Translations under genes and position numbers: made by a program
The notes under the pieces: model-generated
Seen by the model: only the letters and a program-made list of their open reading frames with translations
What the model was told of the DNA's origin: nothing
Databases searched by the model: none
Source: an uncultured Actinomycetota bacterium
GTDB taxonomy: Bacteria; Actinomycetota; Actinomycetes; Propionibacteriales; Nocardioidaceae
NCBI GenBank assembly: GCA_963797325.1
Contig: CAWCPG010000024.1
Location: forward strand, 189 to 64,188
Reading direction: 5' to 3'
Length of the DNA stretch: 64,000 bases
In this document: positions 9,299-21,465 of the stretch, in pieces
Numbering within the stretch: the first letter of the stretch is position 1
Layout of the letters: every line of letters starts with the position of its first letter

Positions 9299-10736
9299 GT
9301 GGACCCACTTGACCTGGCCCGATGGCAGTTCGGCATCATCACCGTCTACCACTTCCTGTTCGTCCCGATCACGATCGGTCTCTCGGCCATCGTGGCCGGC
9401 TACGAGACGGCATGGGTGCGGACGGCAGAACCCGCAGTGGCTCAGGCTGACGAAGTTCTTCGGGAAGCTCTTCCTGATCAACTTCGCGCTCGGGGTCGTG
9501 ACCGGGATCGTGCAGGAGTTCCAGTTCGGGATGAACTGGAGTGCCTACTCGCGCTTCGTCGGTGACATCTTCGGTGCGCCGCTTGCGGTCGAGGGGCTGC
9601 TGGCGTTCTTCCTGGAGTCGACGTTCCTCGGCCTGTGGATCTTCGGCTGGGACCGACTGTCGCCCAAGCTGCACTGCGCCACCATCTGGCTGGCGCACCT
9701 CGGCACCGCTGTTCTCGGCGTACTTCATCCTCGCGGCGAACTCGTGGATGCAGCACCCGGTGGGGTACACCTACAACCCGCGGACCGGCCGCGCCGAGCT
9801 GCACTACGTTCTTCGCCGTGCTGCTCAACAAGGTCCAGCTGGTCACGTTCCCGCACGTCGTGCTGTCGGCGTACCTCACGGGCGGCGCGTTCGTCGTCGG
9901 GGTGTCGATGTGGAGCATGATGCGCAACGAGGGCGCGGTCCGGGAGACGTTCCGACGCAGCGTGCGGGTCGGAGCCTCGGTGCTGCTGGTCGCCGGTATC
10001 GGCGTCGCGATCAGCGGTGACGTCTCCGGCAAGATCATGACCGAGGTCCAGCCGATGAAGATGGCGGCCGCGGAAGGCCTCTACACGACCCAGACGCAAG
10101 GCGCCGTTCTCGATCCTCACCGTCGGCAGCCTGAACGGGGAGAAGCACCACGCGATCATCGAGGTCCCCGGCCTGCTCTCCTTCCTCGGCACCGGCAGCT
10201 TCAACGGGGAGATCAAGGGCATCGACGACCTGCGCGCCGAGTACAAGACGACCTACGGCACCGACCCCGGCAAGGCGTACTACTCGCCGGGCAACTACAC
10301 GCCGACGATCTGGGCGACCTACTGGAGCTTCCGGCTGATGATCGGGCTCGGCCTGCTCTGTGCGGCCGCGGCGATCGCCATCCTCTATGCAACCCGGAAG
10401 GGGCGCGCCCCGACCAGCAGGTGGTGGGCCCGGCTCGCCATCCTGGTCCCGCTGCTGCCCGTCGCGGCCAACTCGTTCGGCTGGCTCTTCACCGAGCTGG
10501 GCCGGCAGCCGTGGGCCGTCTTCGGAGTCATGACCACGGCCCACGGCGTGTCACCCAGCGTCGGCGCGGGTCTGGTCGCCACGTCGCTGATCACCTTCAC
10601 CCTGCTGTACGCCGTCTTGGCGGTGATCGAGGTCAGGCTGCTGCTCAAGGCGATCAGGGCCGGACTGCCCGACGACCCGCCACCCCCCTCGGATGACGTG
10701 GACGACGCCGACCGACCTCTCGCCTTCGCGTACTAG
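9299..10736 (+). CDS. cydA: cytochrome bd ubiquinol oxidase subunit I, several frameshifts
   Basis: [61 protein letters not shown]. Confidence 0.93.
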
Positions 10737-10745
10737 GAGACTGCT

Positions 10746-11760
<1,015 letters not shown>

Positions 11761-11764
<4 letters not shown>

Positions 11765-14700
11765 GACCGACCGACCCTCGGCTGGTGCGGCGCCTGGCCC
11801 CGGCGCGGCGTCCGCTGGCCGGGGTGATCTCGGGCGGTGTCGTCACGAGCCTGCTCGTCATCGGCCAGGCCTTCCTCGTCACCGGTCTGATCGTGGCCCT
11901 CGTCGACCACCACCGCGTCCAGCCCTGGGCGCTCGCGGTGGTCGGCGTGTTCGTGGCGCGCGGCCTGGTCGGACTGCTCACCGACCTGTTCGCCGCGCGC
12001 GCGGCCGGCGTCGTCGGCACCGACGTACGGCGTGAGGTGCTGCGGGCGGTCCTCTCGTCGTCGTCCGCCGAGTCGCCGCAGGCGGGCGAGACCGCGGTCC
12101 TCGTCACCCGGGGCGTGAGCGCCGCCGAGCCCTACCTCACCCGCTACCTCCCCGCGCTGGTCCTGGCCTCGGTCCTGCCGCTGCTCACGGTGGTGGTGAT
12201 CGCCACGCAGGACGTCACGAGCGCCGTCATCGTCCTGGCCACCCTGCCCCTGATCCCGGTCTTCGGAGCGCTCGTCGGCCTGGCCACGCGCGACCGGGCC
12301 GAGCGCCAGTGGCGGGCTCTGTCGTCGCTCTCGGGCTACTTCCTCGACGTGATGCGCGGCCTCCCCACCCTGGTCGCGTTCCGCCGCGCGGAGGCGCAGA
12401 CCTCCCGCATCCGCGAGGTCACCGAGCGCTACCGCAGGGCCAGCCTCGACACCCTGAGGATCGCCTTCGCGAGCTCGGCGGTGCTCGAGCTCGTCGCCAC
12501 CCTCTCGGTCGCGCTGGTCGCGGTGACCGTCGGCGTGCGCCTCGACGGTGGCCACGTGGGGCTCGGCACGGCCCTCGTGGTCCTGCTGCTGGCACCCGAG
12601 GCCTACTGGCCCCTGCGCCGCGTCGGAGCGGAGTTCCACGCCGCGGCCGAGGGCGTCGCGACCTTCGAGCGCGTCGACGAGCTGCTCTCTCGCCCGAGCC
12701 CCGACCGCGCCCTGAGCGGTGGCGGCGACGGCGACCTCGTGGTCGACGACGTCACCGTCACCTACCCCGGTCGGATCGTGCCCGCGCTCGACCGCTCCAC
12801 CCTCGTCGTACGCCGGACCGGCATCACCGCCGTCACCGGTCCGTCGGGCGGCGGCAAGTCGACCCTGCTCTCGGTGCTGGCCGGGCTCCGCACTCCCGAC
12901 ACCGGCCGCCTCACCGTGGACGGCGTCCCGGTCGGTGGCGAGGCCTGGCGCTCGCGCGTGGCGCTGCTCCCGCAGCGACCGCTCTTCGTGGCGGGCAGCA
13001 TCGCCGACAACGTGCGCCTCGGTGCCCCGGACGCCGACGACACCGCCGTCTGGAGCGTGCTCCGCCGGGTGGCGCTCGAGGAGCGGGTCCGGCAGCTGCC
13101 GCAGGGTCTCGACACCCCGCTCGGCGAGGACGGCACCACTCTCTCGGCCGGCGAGCGCGCCCGCCTCGCCCTGGCCCGGATCGTGCTCAGCGACCGGCCC
13201 TGGGTGCTCCTCGACGAGCCCACGGCCCACCTCGACGCGCTGACCGAGCACGTCGTCGCGGACACCCTCGTCGAGCTCGCGCGTGACCGGGCCGTCGTCG
13301 TGGTCGCCCACCGGCCCGCCCTGGTCGCCCTCGCCGACCAGGTGGTCCACGTCGCCGCGCCGACCGCCGCCGTCCTCGAGCACCCAGAGCCGCGCCACAC
13401 CCCGGCGAGCGCGGTCGTTCCGCTGACCCCGTCGGCGTCGTACCGCAAGACCCGGATGGTGCTGCCGACCGCCCTCGGTGGCCTCGCCTCCGCCGCCGGC
13501 GTCGCCCTCACGGCCACGTCGGGCTGGCTCATCGTGCAGGCCTCGAGCCAGCCGGCCGTGCTGACCCTGCTCGTCGCCATCGTCGGCGTCCGGACCTTCG
13601 GCCTGGCGCGGCCGGTGCTGCGCTACGCCGAGCGGGTGCTGTCGCACGACTCCGCGCTGGGGATGCTGGCCCGCCGCCGCGCCGAGGTGTACGACGCGCT
13701 GGTCCCGCTCACGCCCGGACGCCTCGGGCCGCGTCGCGGCGACGTCCTGGCCTCCGTGGTCGACGACGTCGACAGCGTGCTCGACCGAGAGCTCCGGAGC
13801 CGGATGCCGGTCCGCGGGCTGGTCCTCGTCGCGGTCCTGGCGGCCGGCACGGCGGCCTACCTCGATCCCGCCACCGGACTCGTCGTCGCCGGGGCCTGCG
13901 CGATCGGAGGCCTGGCCCACCTGGTCGCCCGGATCGGAGCGGCCCGTGCCCAGCGTGGCAGCATCACCGCCCGAGCCCGCCTCTCCGAACGCGTCGTCGA
14001 GACCACCCAGATGGCCGACGAGCTCGTCATGTGGCAGGCCGGCGAACGCGCCATCGGCGCGGTCGCCGCGGCCAGCGACGAGGTGGCCGAGGGCACCGTC
14101 CGGAGCGCCTGCTGGCTCGGTCTGGGACGCCTGCTCGCGCTCGCCGGTTGCGGCGTCGCCGTCGCGGCGGTCTCGCTCATCGTCGCCCCGCAGGTCGCTT
14201 CGGGGGACCTCTCGACGCCCGTCGCGGCCCTGCTCGTGCTGCTGCCGCTGGCGCTCGCCGAGGTCATCCTCCCCGTCGTCGACGCCGGGACCGCCTCGGC
14301 GCGGGCCCGGGCCGCGGAGGACCGCCTCGACGCGCTGCTCGACCTGCCGCCGGCTGTCGTGCCGCCGCCGACGCCCGCCCTCGCGCCCGACCACACGGAG
14401 GTCGAGCTCACCGGCGTGACCGCCGGCTGGGACGGTCACCCCGCTCTGGCCGACCTCTCGCTCTCGGTGCCGAGCGGTCGCCGGATCGGCGTGGTCGGCC
14501 CCTCCGGCTCGGGCAAGAGCACGCTCGCCTCGCTGCTCCTGCGCTTCGTGGACCCCCAGGAGGGGACGGTCAGCCTGGGCGGCGTCGACCTGCCCCGGCT
14601 GGCCCTCGACGACGTACGCCGCACGGTCGGGCTGGTCGACGACGACCCCCACGTCTTCGCCACGACCGTCGCCGAGAACATCCGCCTGGCCCGCCCCGAC

Positions 14701-15054
14701 GCCTCGGACGAGGAGATCGACGCAGCCCTCCGCGGGGCCGGCCTCGAGCTCTGGCTGGAGGGACTCGAGGAGGGTCTCGCCACCCGCCTGGGAGACGGTG
14801 CCTCGGCCGTCTCGGGAGGTGAGCGCGCGCGCCTGGCCGTGGCCCGGTCGCTGCTGGCCGACCAGCGGGTCCTGGTGCTCGACGAGCCGACGGCCCACCT
14901 CGACCACGCCACGGCCGAGCACCTGGCGGCGCAGGTGCTCGCGGGCGGCGGTGGCCGGGCGGTCGTCTGGATCACCCACGAGCCGGTCGGGCTCGACCAT
15001 GTCGACGAGATCGTGCGCCTCCCCGCCGGGCTCCCTGCTAGACATACCCCATGA
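11761..15054 (+). CDS. cydDC: fused CydD-CydC ABC exporter
   Basis: YLTRYLPAL, LRIAFASSAVLE, APEAYWPLR, GPSGGGKS, then TSGWLI..GVRTFGLAR..RYAERVLSHD and a second Walker A GPSGSGKS in one frame. Confidence 0.92.
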
Positions 15055-15713
15055 CCGACGTCGCCACGCCCATCCGGGTCTTCCTGCTCGATGACCACGA
15101 GGTCGTCCGACAGGGCCTGCGAGCGCTGCTGGAGTCCAGCGGCGACATCGTGGTCGTCGGCGAGTCCGGGCTCGCCCAGGAGGCCGCCGCCCGCATCCCG
15201 GCCCTGCGTCCCGACGTCGCGGTCCTCGACGCGCGCCTCCCCGACGGCTCGGGCATCGAGGTGTGCCGCACGGTCCGCGGCGTCGATCCCTCGATCAAGG
15301 CGCTGATCCTCACGTCCTACGACGACGACGAGGCGCTGTTCGCCGCGATCATGGCGGGCGCGGCCGGCTACGTGCTCAAGGAGATCACCGGCCAGGACCT
15401 GATCGGAGCGGTCCACCAGGTGGCAGCCGGCAACTCCCTGATCGACCCCGCGCTCACGGCCCGCGTGCTCGAGCGGGTCCGCAACGGGCCCGGCACGGCC
15501 CCCGAGCTGGCCGGCCTGACCGAGCAGGAGCTGAAGCTCCTGGCGCTGATCGCCGAGGGCCTCACCAACCGGCAGATCGGCGAGCGGATGTTCCTGGCCG
15601 AGAAGACGGTCAAGAACTACGTCTCCAGCATCCTCGCCAAGCTCGGCCTCGAGCGCCGTACGCAGGCCGCGGTGCTCGCCTCCAAGCTGCTCGGGCCCGA
15701 GACCCACGCCTGA
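15051..15713 (+). CDS. devR: NarL/LuxR response regulator, DosR/DevR-like
   Basis: DDHEVVR, VAVLDARLPDG, GLTNRQIGERMFLAEKTVKNYVS..LGLERRTQAAV closely matches the DosR HTH; ATGA-coupled to cydDC. Confidence 0.88.
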   Translation: MTDVATPIRVFLLDDHEVVRQGLRALLESSGDIVVVGESGLAQEAAARIPALRPDVAVLDARLPDGSGIEVCRTVRGVDPSIKALILTSYDDDEALFAAIMAGAAGYVLKEITGQDLIGAVHQVAAGNSLIDPALTARVLERVRNGPGTAPELAGLTEQELKLLALIAEGLTNRQIGERMFLAEKTVKNYVSSILAKLGLERRTQAAVLASKLLGPETHA

Positions 15714-15721
15714 CCCCGGCG

Positions 15722-17299
15722 CTAGTCCTCCGCGAAGCCCGGCTCCAGCGGCGCGTGCCAGTGGAGCACCAGCCCGTGCGGACGGGCCGGGGTCAGCTCG
15801 AGGTCACCGCCCAGCAGGTGGGCACGCTCCCGCGCGTTGCTCAGCCCGCTCTCGCGCACCTGCCCGGTCAGTCCGACCCCGTCGTCGAGGACGGTGAGCC
15901 GGAGCGTGTCGTGGTCGATCACGACCTCCACCTCGACCCGGCTCGCGTGCGCATGCCGAGCGACGTTGGACAGTGCCTCGCGCAGCACCGGGAGCAGCTG
16001 CTCGCGCAGCACGTCGGGGACGACGGTGTCGAGCGGGCCGCTCGTGCGCACGGTCGGGGTGTAACCGAGGATCGGGACGTACTCCCGCGCCAGGGCCTGC
16101 AGGTCGCCGCGCAGGGTCTCGCCGCCCTGGGTCTGCAGCTCGAAGATCGTGGCGCGGATGTCGCGGATCGTGTCGTCGACGTCCTCGACGCTGGCCCGGA
16201 GGCGCTCGCCGAGCTCGGGCCCACCGGTGAGGGCCACCGCCTGCAGCTGCATCCCGACCGCGAACAGTCGCTGGATGACGGTGTCGTGAAGGTCGCGGGC
16301 GATGCGCTCGCGGTCGGACAGGACGGCCAGCAGCTCCCTGTCGCCGACCGCCAGGGCCCGGTCGAGCGCCAGGGAAGCGTGGTCGGCGAAGCTGATCAGC
16401 AGCTCGCGCTCGTCCACGTCGCGCAGCCGAGCAGCCTCGGCGTCGAACAACGCGACCAGCGTGCCGCCCTCGGCCAGCCGCACGCGGAGGGGTAGGACGG
16501 AGGCGACGACGTCGGCCACCGCCACGTCGACGGCGTCGACCACGGGTCCGTCGCCGAGCGTCCGGACGGCCTCGTCGACCAGGGCGAGGGCACGCTCGAC
16601 GTCTCGCGGCTCGCAGGCGAGAGCCCGCACCCCGCCGTCCGATCCCGGGCTGACGACGGCCGTCGCCCAGGCGCCGCCGATGCGGCGGGCCGTCGAGCTG
16701 ATCTGCTCGAGCGCGAGGTCCCACTCCACCGGCGGCTGGAGCGCGTCGGTGAGCACTGCGGACGCCTCGAGCCACTGACGGCGACGCTCGCTGAGGCCGT
16801 AGGCGCGGGCGTTCTCGATGACGAGTCCCGCGGCGTTGGCGAGCGCGACGACGAGCTGCTCGTCGCTGTCGGTGAAGTCGCCGCCACCAGCCTTCTCGGT
16901 GAGGTAGAGGTTGCCGAACACCGTGCCGCGGATGTGGACCGGTACCCCGAGGAACGACGTCATCGGCGGGTGGTGCGCGGGGAACCCGTAGGCCGCGGGA
17001 TGCTGCGTCAGGTCGTGCAGCCGTAGCGGCCGTGGTTCGGTGATCAGCAGCCCGAGGATGCCGCGACCGTGCGGCAGCTCGCCGACCTGCTCGGTCTCCT
17101 GGTGGGTGAGCCCGGTCGTGACGAAGTCGCCGAGCGTGTCGTCGCGGCCGAGCACGCCGAGTGCCCCGTAGCGGGCGCCGGTCAGCGCGGTGGCGGACTC
17201 GACGATCCGTGCCAGCACGCTGTGCAGGTCGAGGTCCGACGACAGCGCCATCACGGCGTCGAGCAGCATCTGGCTCGAGCCAGGGAGCTCGTCGGGCAT
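15722..17299 (-). CDS. devS: GAF-domain HisKA_3 sensor kinase, DosS/DevS-like
   Basis: ARYGALGV, HPAAYGFPAHHPPMTSFLGVP (heme-ligand His context), RERIARDLHDTVIQRLFA, EALSNVARHA, DDGVG. Confidence 0.88.
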   Translation of the reverse strand: MPDELPGSSQMLLDAVMALSSDLDLHSVLARIVESATALTGARYGALGVLGRDDTLGDFVTTGLTHQETEQVGELPHGRGILGLLITEPRPLRLHDLTQHPAAYGFPAHHPPMTSFLGVPVHIRGTVFGNLYLTEKAGGGDFTDSDEQLVVALANAAGLVIENARAYGLSERRRQWLEASAVLTDALQPPVEWDLALEQISSTARRIGGAWATAVVSPGSDGGVRALACEPRDVERALALVDEAVRTLGDGPVVDAVDVAVADVVASVLPLRVRLAEGGTLVALFDAEAARLRDVDERELLISFADHASLALDRALAVGDRELLAVLSDRERIARDLHDTVIQRLFAVGMQLQAVALTGGPELGERLRASVEDVDDTIRDIRATIFELQTQGGETLRGDLQALAREYVPILGYTPTVRTSGPLDTVVPDVLREQLLPVLREALSNVARHAHASRVEVEVVIDHDTLRLTVLDDGVGLTGQVRESGLSNARERAHLLGGDLELTPARPHGLVLHWHAPLEPGFAED

Positions 17300-17348
17300 G
17301 GACGGTCCTTCACAGGTCGGGGAGTGCGACGGGACGCACCCGCGTGGG

Positions 17349-20063
17349 TCAGTCGGCCTCTCGTAGCCGGCGCGGCACGCCGGCGTCGACGGCCGTGGCG
17401 TGGTCGAGGCGGAGCTTCACGTCGACGAGCTCGACACCCTGCGGCGTGGCGATCACGGGGTTGAGGTCGGCCTCGACGAGCTCCGGAACGTCGACCGCCA
17501 GCCGGCCGAGCGCCACGATCAGGTCGACCAGCGCCTGCTCGTCGACCGGCTCGCTGCCCCGGAATCCCGCCAGAAGGGTCCAGATCCTCAGCGAGCGCAG
17601 GGCACGCGCCGCGTCCTGCGCGGAGACCGGGGCGAGCAGCAGGCAGCGGTCGTCCCAGACCTCCGTGGCGGTGCCACCCGCGGCGACCATGACCAGCGGC
17701 CCGAGGCCGGGGTCGCGGACCACTCCGAGCGCCACCTCGATGCCGTGGGCCATCGGCTGCACGAGCACCTCGACCTCGGGGTCCCCCGTCACGACGGCGA
17801 GGTCCGTCACTGCGGAACGGACCCGCTCGAGGGTGGGGAGGTCGGCCCGGACCAGCCCACGATCGGTCTTGTGCACGACGCGTGGGTCTGCCACCTTGAC
17901 CGCGACCGGGAGCCCCACCTCGGCGGCTGCGGCAGCGGCGCCGGCCGGGCCCGTCGCCACGACCCCGGACGGTACGACGTCGTAGGAGGACAGCAGAGCC
18001 GCGGCGTCGGCGGGGCCGAGCCACCCGGCCTCCTCGCCCTCGAGATGCTCGTCGATCCAGCGGCGTACGACGGTCCGGCGGGCGGGGTCGGTGACGGGCG
18101 CGACGCTGCGCGGCGTGTGCAGCCACGCGCCGTACCCGACAGCGTGGGTCAGGGAGCGGATGGCCGAGTCGACGGACGGCAGGACCGTGATGCCCGGGAG
18201 CGGGTCACCCTCGAGCCCGCCGAGGAGCACGCCCACCATCGGCTTGTCGGGGTGGGCGCGCCTGGCCTCGGCGAGCGCGGCCAGCGTGGCCTGGGGGTCG
18301 AGGGTGCGCGTGGCGGCGAGCACGAGCAGGACGGCGTCCACCTCGTCGGTCGCGAGGAGCCGTACGGCGATCCGGCCGAGGTCTTCTGCGCCACCGCCGG
18401 CACCCGCGTCCACCGGGTTGGCGGTCCCGACGGTTCCCGAGACGTAGCGGGCGATCTGCGACCGGAGGCGCTCGGACAGGACCGGGACCTCCAGGCCGTA
18501 GCGGCTCGCCGTGTCGGCCGCCAGCACGCCCAGGCCACCGGCGTTCGCGAGAACGGCGATGCGTGGACCGGTGGGCAGCGACTGCTCGACGAGCAACAAC
18601 GCGGTCTCCGTGAGCTCCTCGGCGTCCCGGCAGGCGATGACGCCCGCCTGCGCGAAGAGGGCGTCGACGCGGACGGCGGCGGTGGCGGCGGCCGCCGTGT
18701 GGGAGGCCCCGGCGCGCTGTCCGCTTCCCGACCGGCCCCCGACCACCCCGAGCAGGGGCTTGGACTCCGCGAAGCGCCGCCCGACCCGGGCGAACTTCGC
18801 CGGGTTGCCGAACGACTCCAGGTAGAGCGCTGCCGCCGTGACCTCGGGGTCGTCGGCCCAGGCGGCCAGCAGGTCGTTGCCGGAGACGTCGGCCTTGTTG
18901 CCCAGCGACACGAAGTGGCCGACACCGAGCCCGAGGCGGCGGGCCAGGTCGAGGACGACGATGCCGACCCCACCCGACTGGGACGCGATCGCCAAGCCTC
19001 CGGTGGGCGGGTCGGCGCCGCCGAAGGTCGCCGAGAGCCGCACGTCCGGCTGGTTGTCGAGGAGGCCCAGGCAGTTGGGGCCGACCACGCGGATCCCGCG
19101 CTCCCGGGCGGTGCGGACGAGCTCCCGCTGCAACGCTGCTCCGGCCGGTCCCATCTCGGCGAAGCCGGAGGTGATGACGACAGCCGCCCGGGCGCCGGCG
19201 TCCGCCGCCTCCTCGACGCAGCCGATGACCTCGTCCGGGGGCACGGCCACCAGGACGAGGTCAACCGGCCCCGGCGCCTCGGCGAACGAGGGGTACGCCG
19301 CCACGCCACGGACCGTCTCGACCGACGGATGGATCGCGACGAGGTCTCCGAGGTAGCCGCCCTGCACGATCGAGTCGAGGACGGACGCTCCCACGCCGGT
19401 CCCGTCACGTCGGGCGCCGACGACGGCGACCCGCTGTGGCCGCATCAGGGCGGTCAGCGAGGCGGCCTCCGCCTGCGACTCGCGGCCGTCGGCCGCACGG
19501 AGCGCGCTCTCCGAGACCTCGGTGTCCATCTCGACGGTGACCACCCCGCGGTCGAGCTGGCGGGTGATCTCGAAGCCGGCATCGGTGAACACGCGGATCA
19601 TGGCACCGTTCTCAGCCAGCACCTCGGCGGTGAACCGGCGTACGCCGGCGCTCCGGGCCGCGGCGGCGAGGTGCTCGAGCAGGAGGGTGCCGACCCCGTG
19701 GCCGCGCAGCTCGTCGGCGACCAGGAAGGCCACCTCGGCCTCGTCCCCGAGCCGTTCGGCCGTGGCCAGCCCGCCCAGCCGGTGGTGCTGCCACAGCCCC
19801 AGGGCGAGGACCTGCCCGGTGTCGTGCTGGGCCAGCAGGTGGTCGACGTAGGCGTGTCCGGCCTCGCGGCTGGGACTGAAGAAGCGCAGCCGGAGGCTCT
19901 CCAGCCCGACCTCGTCGTGCAGGGCGAGCAGGGCGTCCCGGTCGGTCAGGCGCAGTGGCCGGATGACGCCCACGGAACCGTCCGACAGCAGGACGTCCGC
20001 GGGCGCGGTCGGTGGCGCACCCGGGCGGCCCGGGGGTCTGCGCGGGATACTGCCGGTGACCAT
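17349..20063 (-). CDS. GNAT acetyltransferase fused to NDP-forming acyl-CoA synthetase (CoA-binding, ligase, ATP-grasp); Pat-like
   Basis: SLRLRFFS, AEVAFLVADELRGHGVGTLLLEHL, VVGPNCLG, SQSGG, SLGNKADVSGNDLL, ASHT, VHKTDRG, EADLNPVI; GGAGG RBS. Confidence 0.88.
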   Translation of the reverse strand: MVTGSIPRRPPGRPGAPPTAPADVLLSDGSVGVIRPLRLTDRDALLALHDEVGLESLRLRFFSPSREAGHAYVDHLLAQHDTGQVLALGLWQHHRLGGLATAERLGDEAEVAFLVADELRGHGVGTLLLEHLAAAARSAGVRRFTAEVLAENGAMIRVFTDAGFEITRQLDRGVVTVEMDTEVSESALRAADGRESQAEAASLTALMRPQRVAVVGARRDGTGVGASVLDSIVQGGYLGDLVAIHPSVETVRGVAAYPSFAEAPGPVDLVLVAVPPDEVIGCVEEAADAGARAAVVITSGFAEMGPAGAALQRELVRTARERGIRVVGPNCLGLLDNQPDVRLSATFGGADPPTGGLAIASQSGGVGIVVLDLARRLGLGVGHFVSLGNKADVSGNDLLAAWADDPEVTAAALYLESFGNPAKFARVGRRFAESKPLLGVVGGRSGSGQRAGASHTAAAATAAVRVDALFAQAGVIACRDAEELTETALLLVEQSLPTGPRIAVLANAGGLGVLAADTASRYGLEVPVLSERLRSQIARYVSGTVGTANPVDAGAGGGAEDLGRIAVRLLATDEVDAVLLVLAATRTLDPQATLAALAEARRAHPDKPMVGVLLGGLEGDPLPGITVLPSVDSAIRSLTHAVGYGAWLHTPRSVAPVTDPARRTVVRRWIDEHLEGEEAGWLGPADAAALLSSYDVVPSGVVATGPAGAAAAAAEVGLPVAVKVADPRVVHKTDRGLVRADLPTLERVRSAVTDLAVVTGDPEVEVLVQPMAHGIEVALGVVRDPGLGPLVMVAAGGTATEVWDDRCLLLAPVSAQDAARALRSLRIWTLLAGFRGSEPVDEQALVDLIVALGRLAVDVPELVEADLNPVIATPQGVELVDVKLRLDHATAVDAGVPRRLREAD

Positions 20064-20110
20064 GCTTCCTCCCTGGTGCCATGGTCGGTGCCGAGCCCGG
20101 CGACGGGGCA

Positions 20111-20194
20111 GGGTCCTAGGGCCCGGTCCATGAGGCCCTCGTCCCCTGTCAGGGCTGCGTGCCGCAGCGTGTGCTGGGGTGGGACCGGTGCCCG
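20111..20194. promoter_or_regulatory. DevR-box-like sites in the divergent GNAT-ACS / CBS intergenic region
   Basis: GGGTCCTAGGGCCC (20111), GAGGCCCTCGTCCC (20132, 21 bp later), GGGACCGGTGCCCG (20181). Confidence 0.55.
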
Positions 20195-20208
20195 AGGAGG
20201 TCGGAACG

Positions 20209-20793
20209 ATGTTGGTACGAGACGTGATGACGACCCAGGTCGTGAGCGTCCGCCCGGAGGCACGGGTCAAGGAGGCGATCCAGCTGCTCGACCACCACCA
20301 GATCACCGCGATGCCGGTGGTGGACTCCGAGGGGCGGCTCGTCGGCGTGGTCAGCGAGGCCGATGTGCTCCGCGACGCGCTGATGCCGGACCGGCGTACG
20401 CACGAGATCCCCGTGGCGATCGAGGGCCGGACGAAGACCCTCACCGTGAACGACGTGATGACGCACCTGCCGATGAGCGTGACCGCCGACGCCGATCTTT
20501 CGATCGCCGCCTCGGTGCTGGTCGACACCTCGATCAAGAGCCTGCCCGTGGTCGACGGCGACCGCGTGGTCGGCATGGTCAGCCGGCGTGACGTGATCGC
20601 GGTGCTGGCCAAGCGCGACCCGCTGATCAGGGCCGAGGTCGATGAGCTGCTCCGCTCGGCCGACGTCGAGTGCGACGTCGAGGTGGTCGACGGCGTGGTC
20701 CGCCTGGACGGTCCGACCGAGACCCATGCCCGCGAGATCGCACGGGTGCTCGCCTCGACGGTGCCCGGCGTGGTGGGCGTCTCCTTCCGCTGA
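20209..20793 (+). CDS. CBS-pair protein with C-terminal BON-like segment
   Basis: MLVRDVMTT, AMPVVD..LVGVVSEADVL, SLPVVD..GMVSRRDV, VEVVDGVVRLDG..VPGVVGV. Confidence 0.88.
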   Translation: MLVRDVMTTQVVSVRPEARVKEAIQLLDHHQITAMPVVDSEGRLVGVVSEADVLRDALMPDRRTHEIPVAIEGRTKTLTVNDVMTHLPMSVTADADLSIAASVLVDTSIKSLPVVDGDRVVGMVSRRDVIAVLAKRDPLIRAEVDELLRSADVECDVEVVDGVVRLDGPTETHAREIARVLASTVPGVVGVSFR

Positions 20794-20839
20794 GACCCCT
20801 CGCCCTCGTTCGAAAGCGTCGTACGCCGCTGCCGGCGCC

Positions 20840-21280
20840 TCAGACGGACCGGCGGACGGGCAGCGTGGACATCGGGTCCCATCCCTGGCCCAGCCGTCGG
20901 CCGGTGAGCTCGGTCCAGCGCAGCCGGAGGTAGAGGGTGCGTCCGCCTGCGGCCCAGGCCACCGGGTTCCAGGTCTCCCGGACGTGCTCGAGCTCCGCGG
21001 CGTCCACGACGACCTTCGCCCGCCCGCGGGCGACCACGCTCCAGCCCCGGTGGTACTCGTAGTCGAACTGGTCGACCTCCAGGGCGAGCACGGTGCCGCC
21101 GGCCTGGCTTCCGAGGAGGCTGTAGGGGGTCGTCCGCATCACGATGGCGTCATCGACCACGGAGTAGTTGACCGGGATGATGTGCGGGCCGTTGGGCGTG
21201 CACGCGGCGACGCGTCCGACCATCCCGGCACGCAACAGCTCCTCGCACTCGGTCGTGCTCAGGTCGAACGACTCGTTCAT
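20840..21280 (-). CDS. pyridoxamine 5'-phosphate oxidase-like flavin-binding protein
   Basis: LSTTECEELL..VGRVA..PHIIPVNY..ALEVD..GWSVVARG..LTGRR; GGAGGT RBS. Confidence 0.85.
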   Translation of the reverse strand: MNESFDLSTTECEELLRAGMVGRVAACTPNGPHIIPVNYSVVDDAIVMRTTPYSLLGSQAGGTVLALEVDQFDYEYHRGWSVVARGRAKVVVDAAELEHVRETWNPVAWAAGGRTLYLRLRWTELTGRRLGQGWDPMSTLPVRRSV

Positions 21281-21351
21281 CGCGGACACCTCCCGGGATC
21301 GTCACGTCACCTGTGCCATCCATGCTGCGTCGTGGTCGCGCCGAGCAGTCA

Positions 21352-21386
21352 GGGCCGATGGTCCTGAAGTCCGGGTCCTCTGCGCC
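21352..21386. promoter_or_regulatory. DevR-box-like pair between the divergent PNPOx-like and usp genes
   Basis: GGGCCGATGGTCCT (21352) and a weaker GGGTCCTCTGCGCC (21373), 21 bp apart. Confidence 0.55.
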
Positions 21387-21465
21387 TGACGTCGGGAAGC
21401 GGCGCGCGGGAGTCTGGAATCGAGCCCTCGGGCACCCCGAGGGTGCGGGTCGAAGGAGGCTTGCG

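Noticed and set aside
8039-9565. SRPBCC-CydA fusion implied by the 508-aa ORF
   Set aside because: An artefact of the frameshift near 8775. The real gene stops at 9032 and cydA starts at 9299 behind its own promoter elements.
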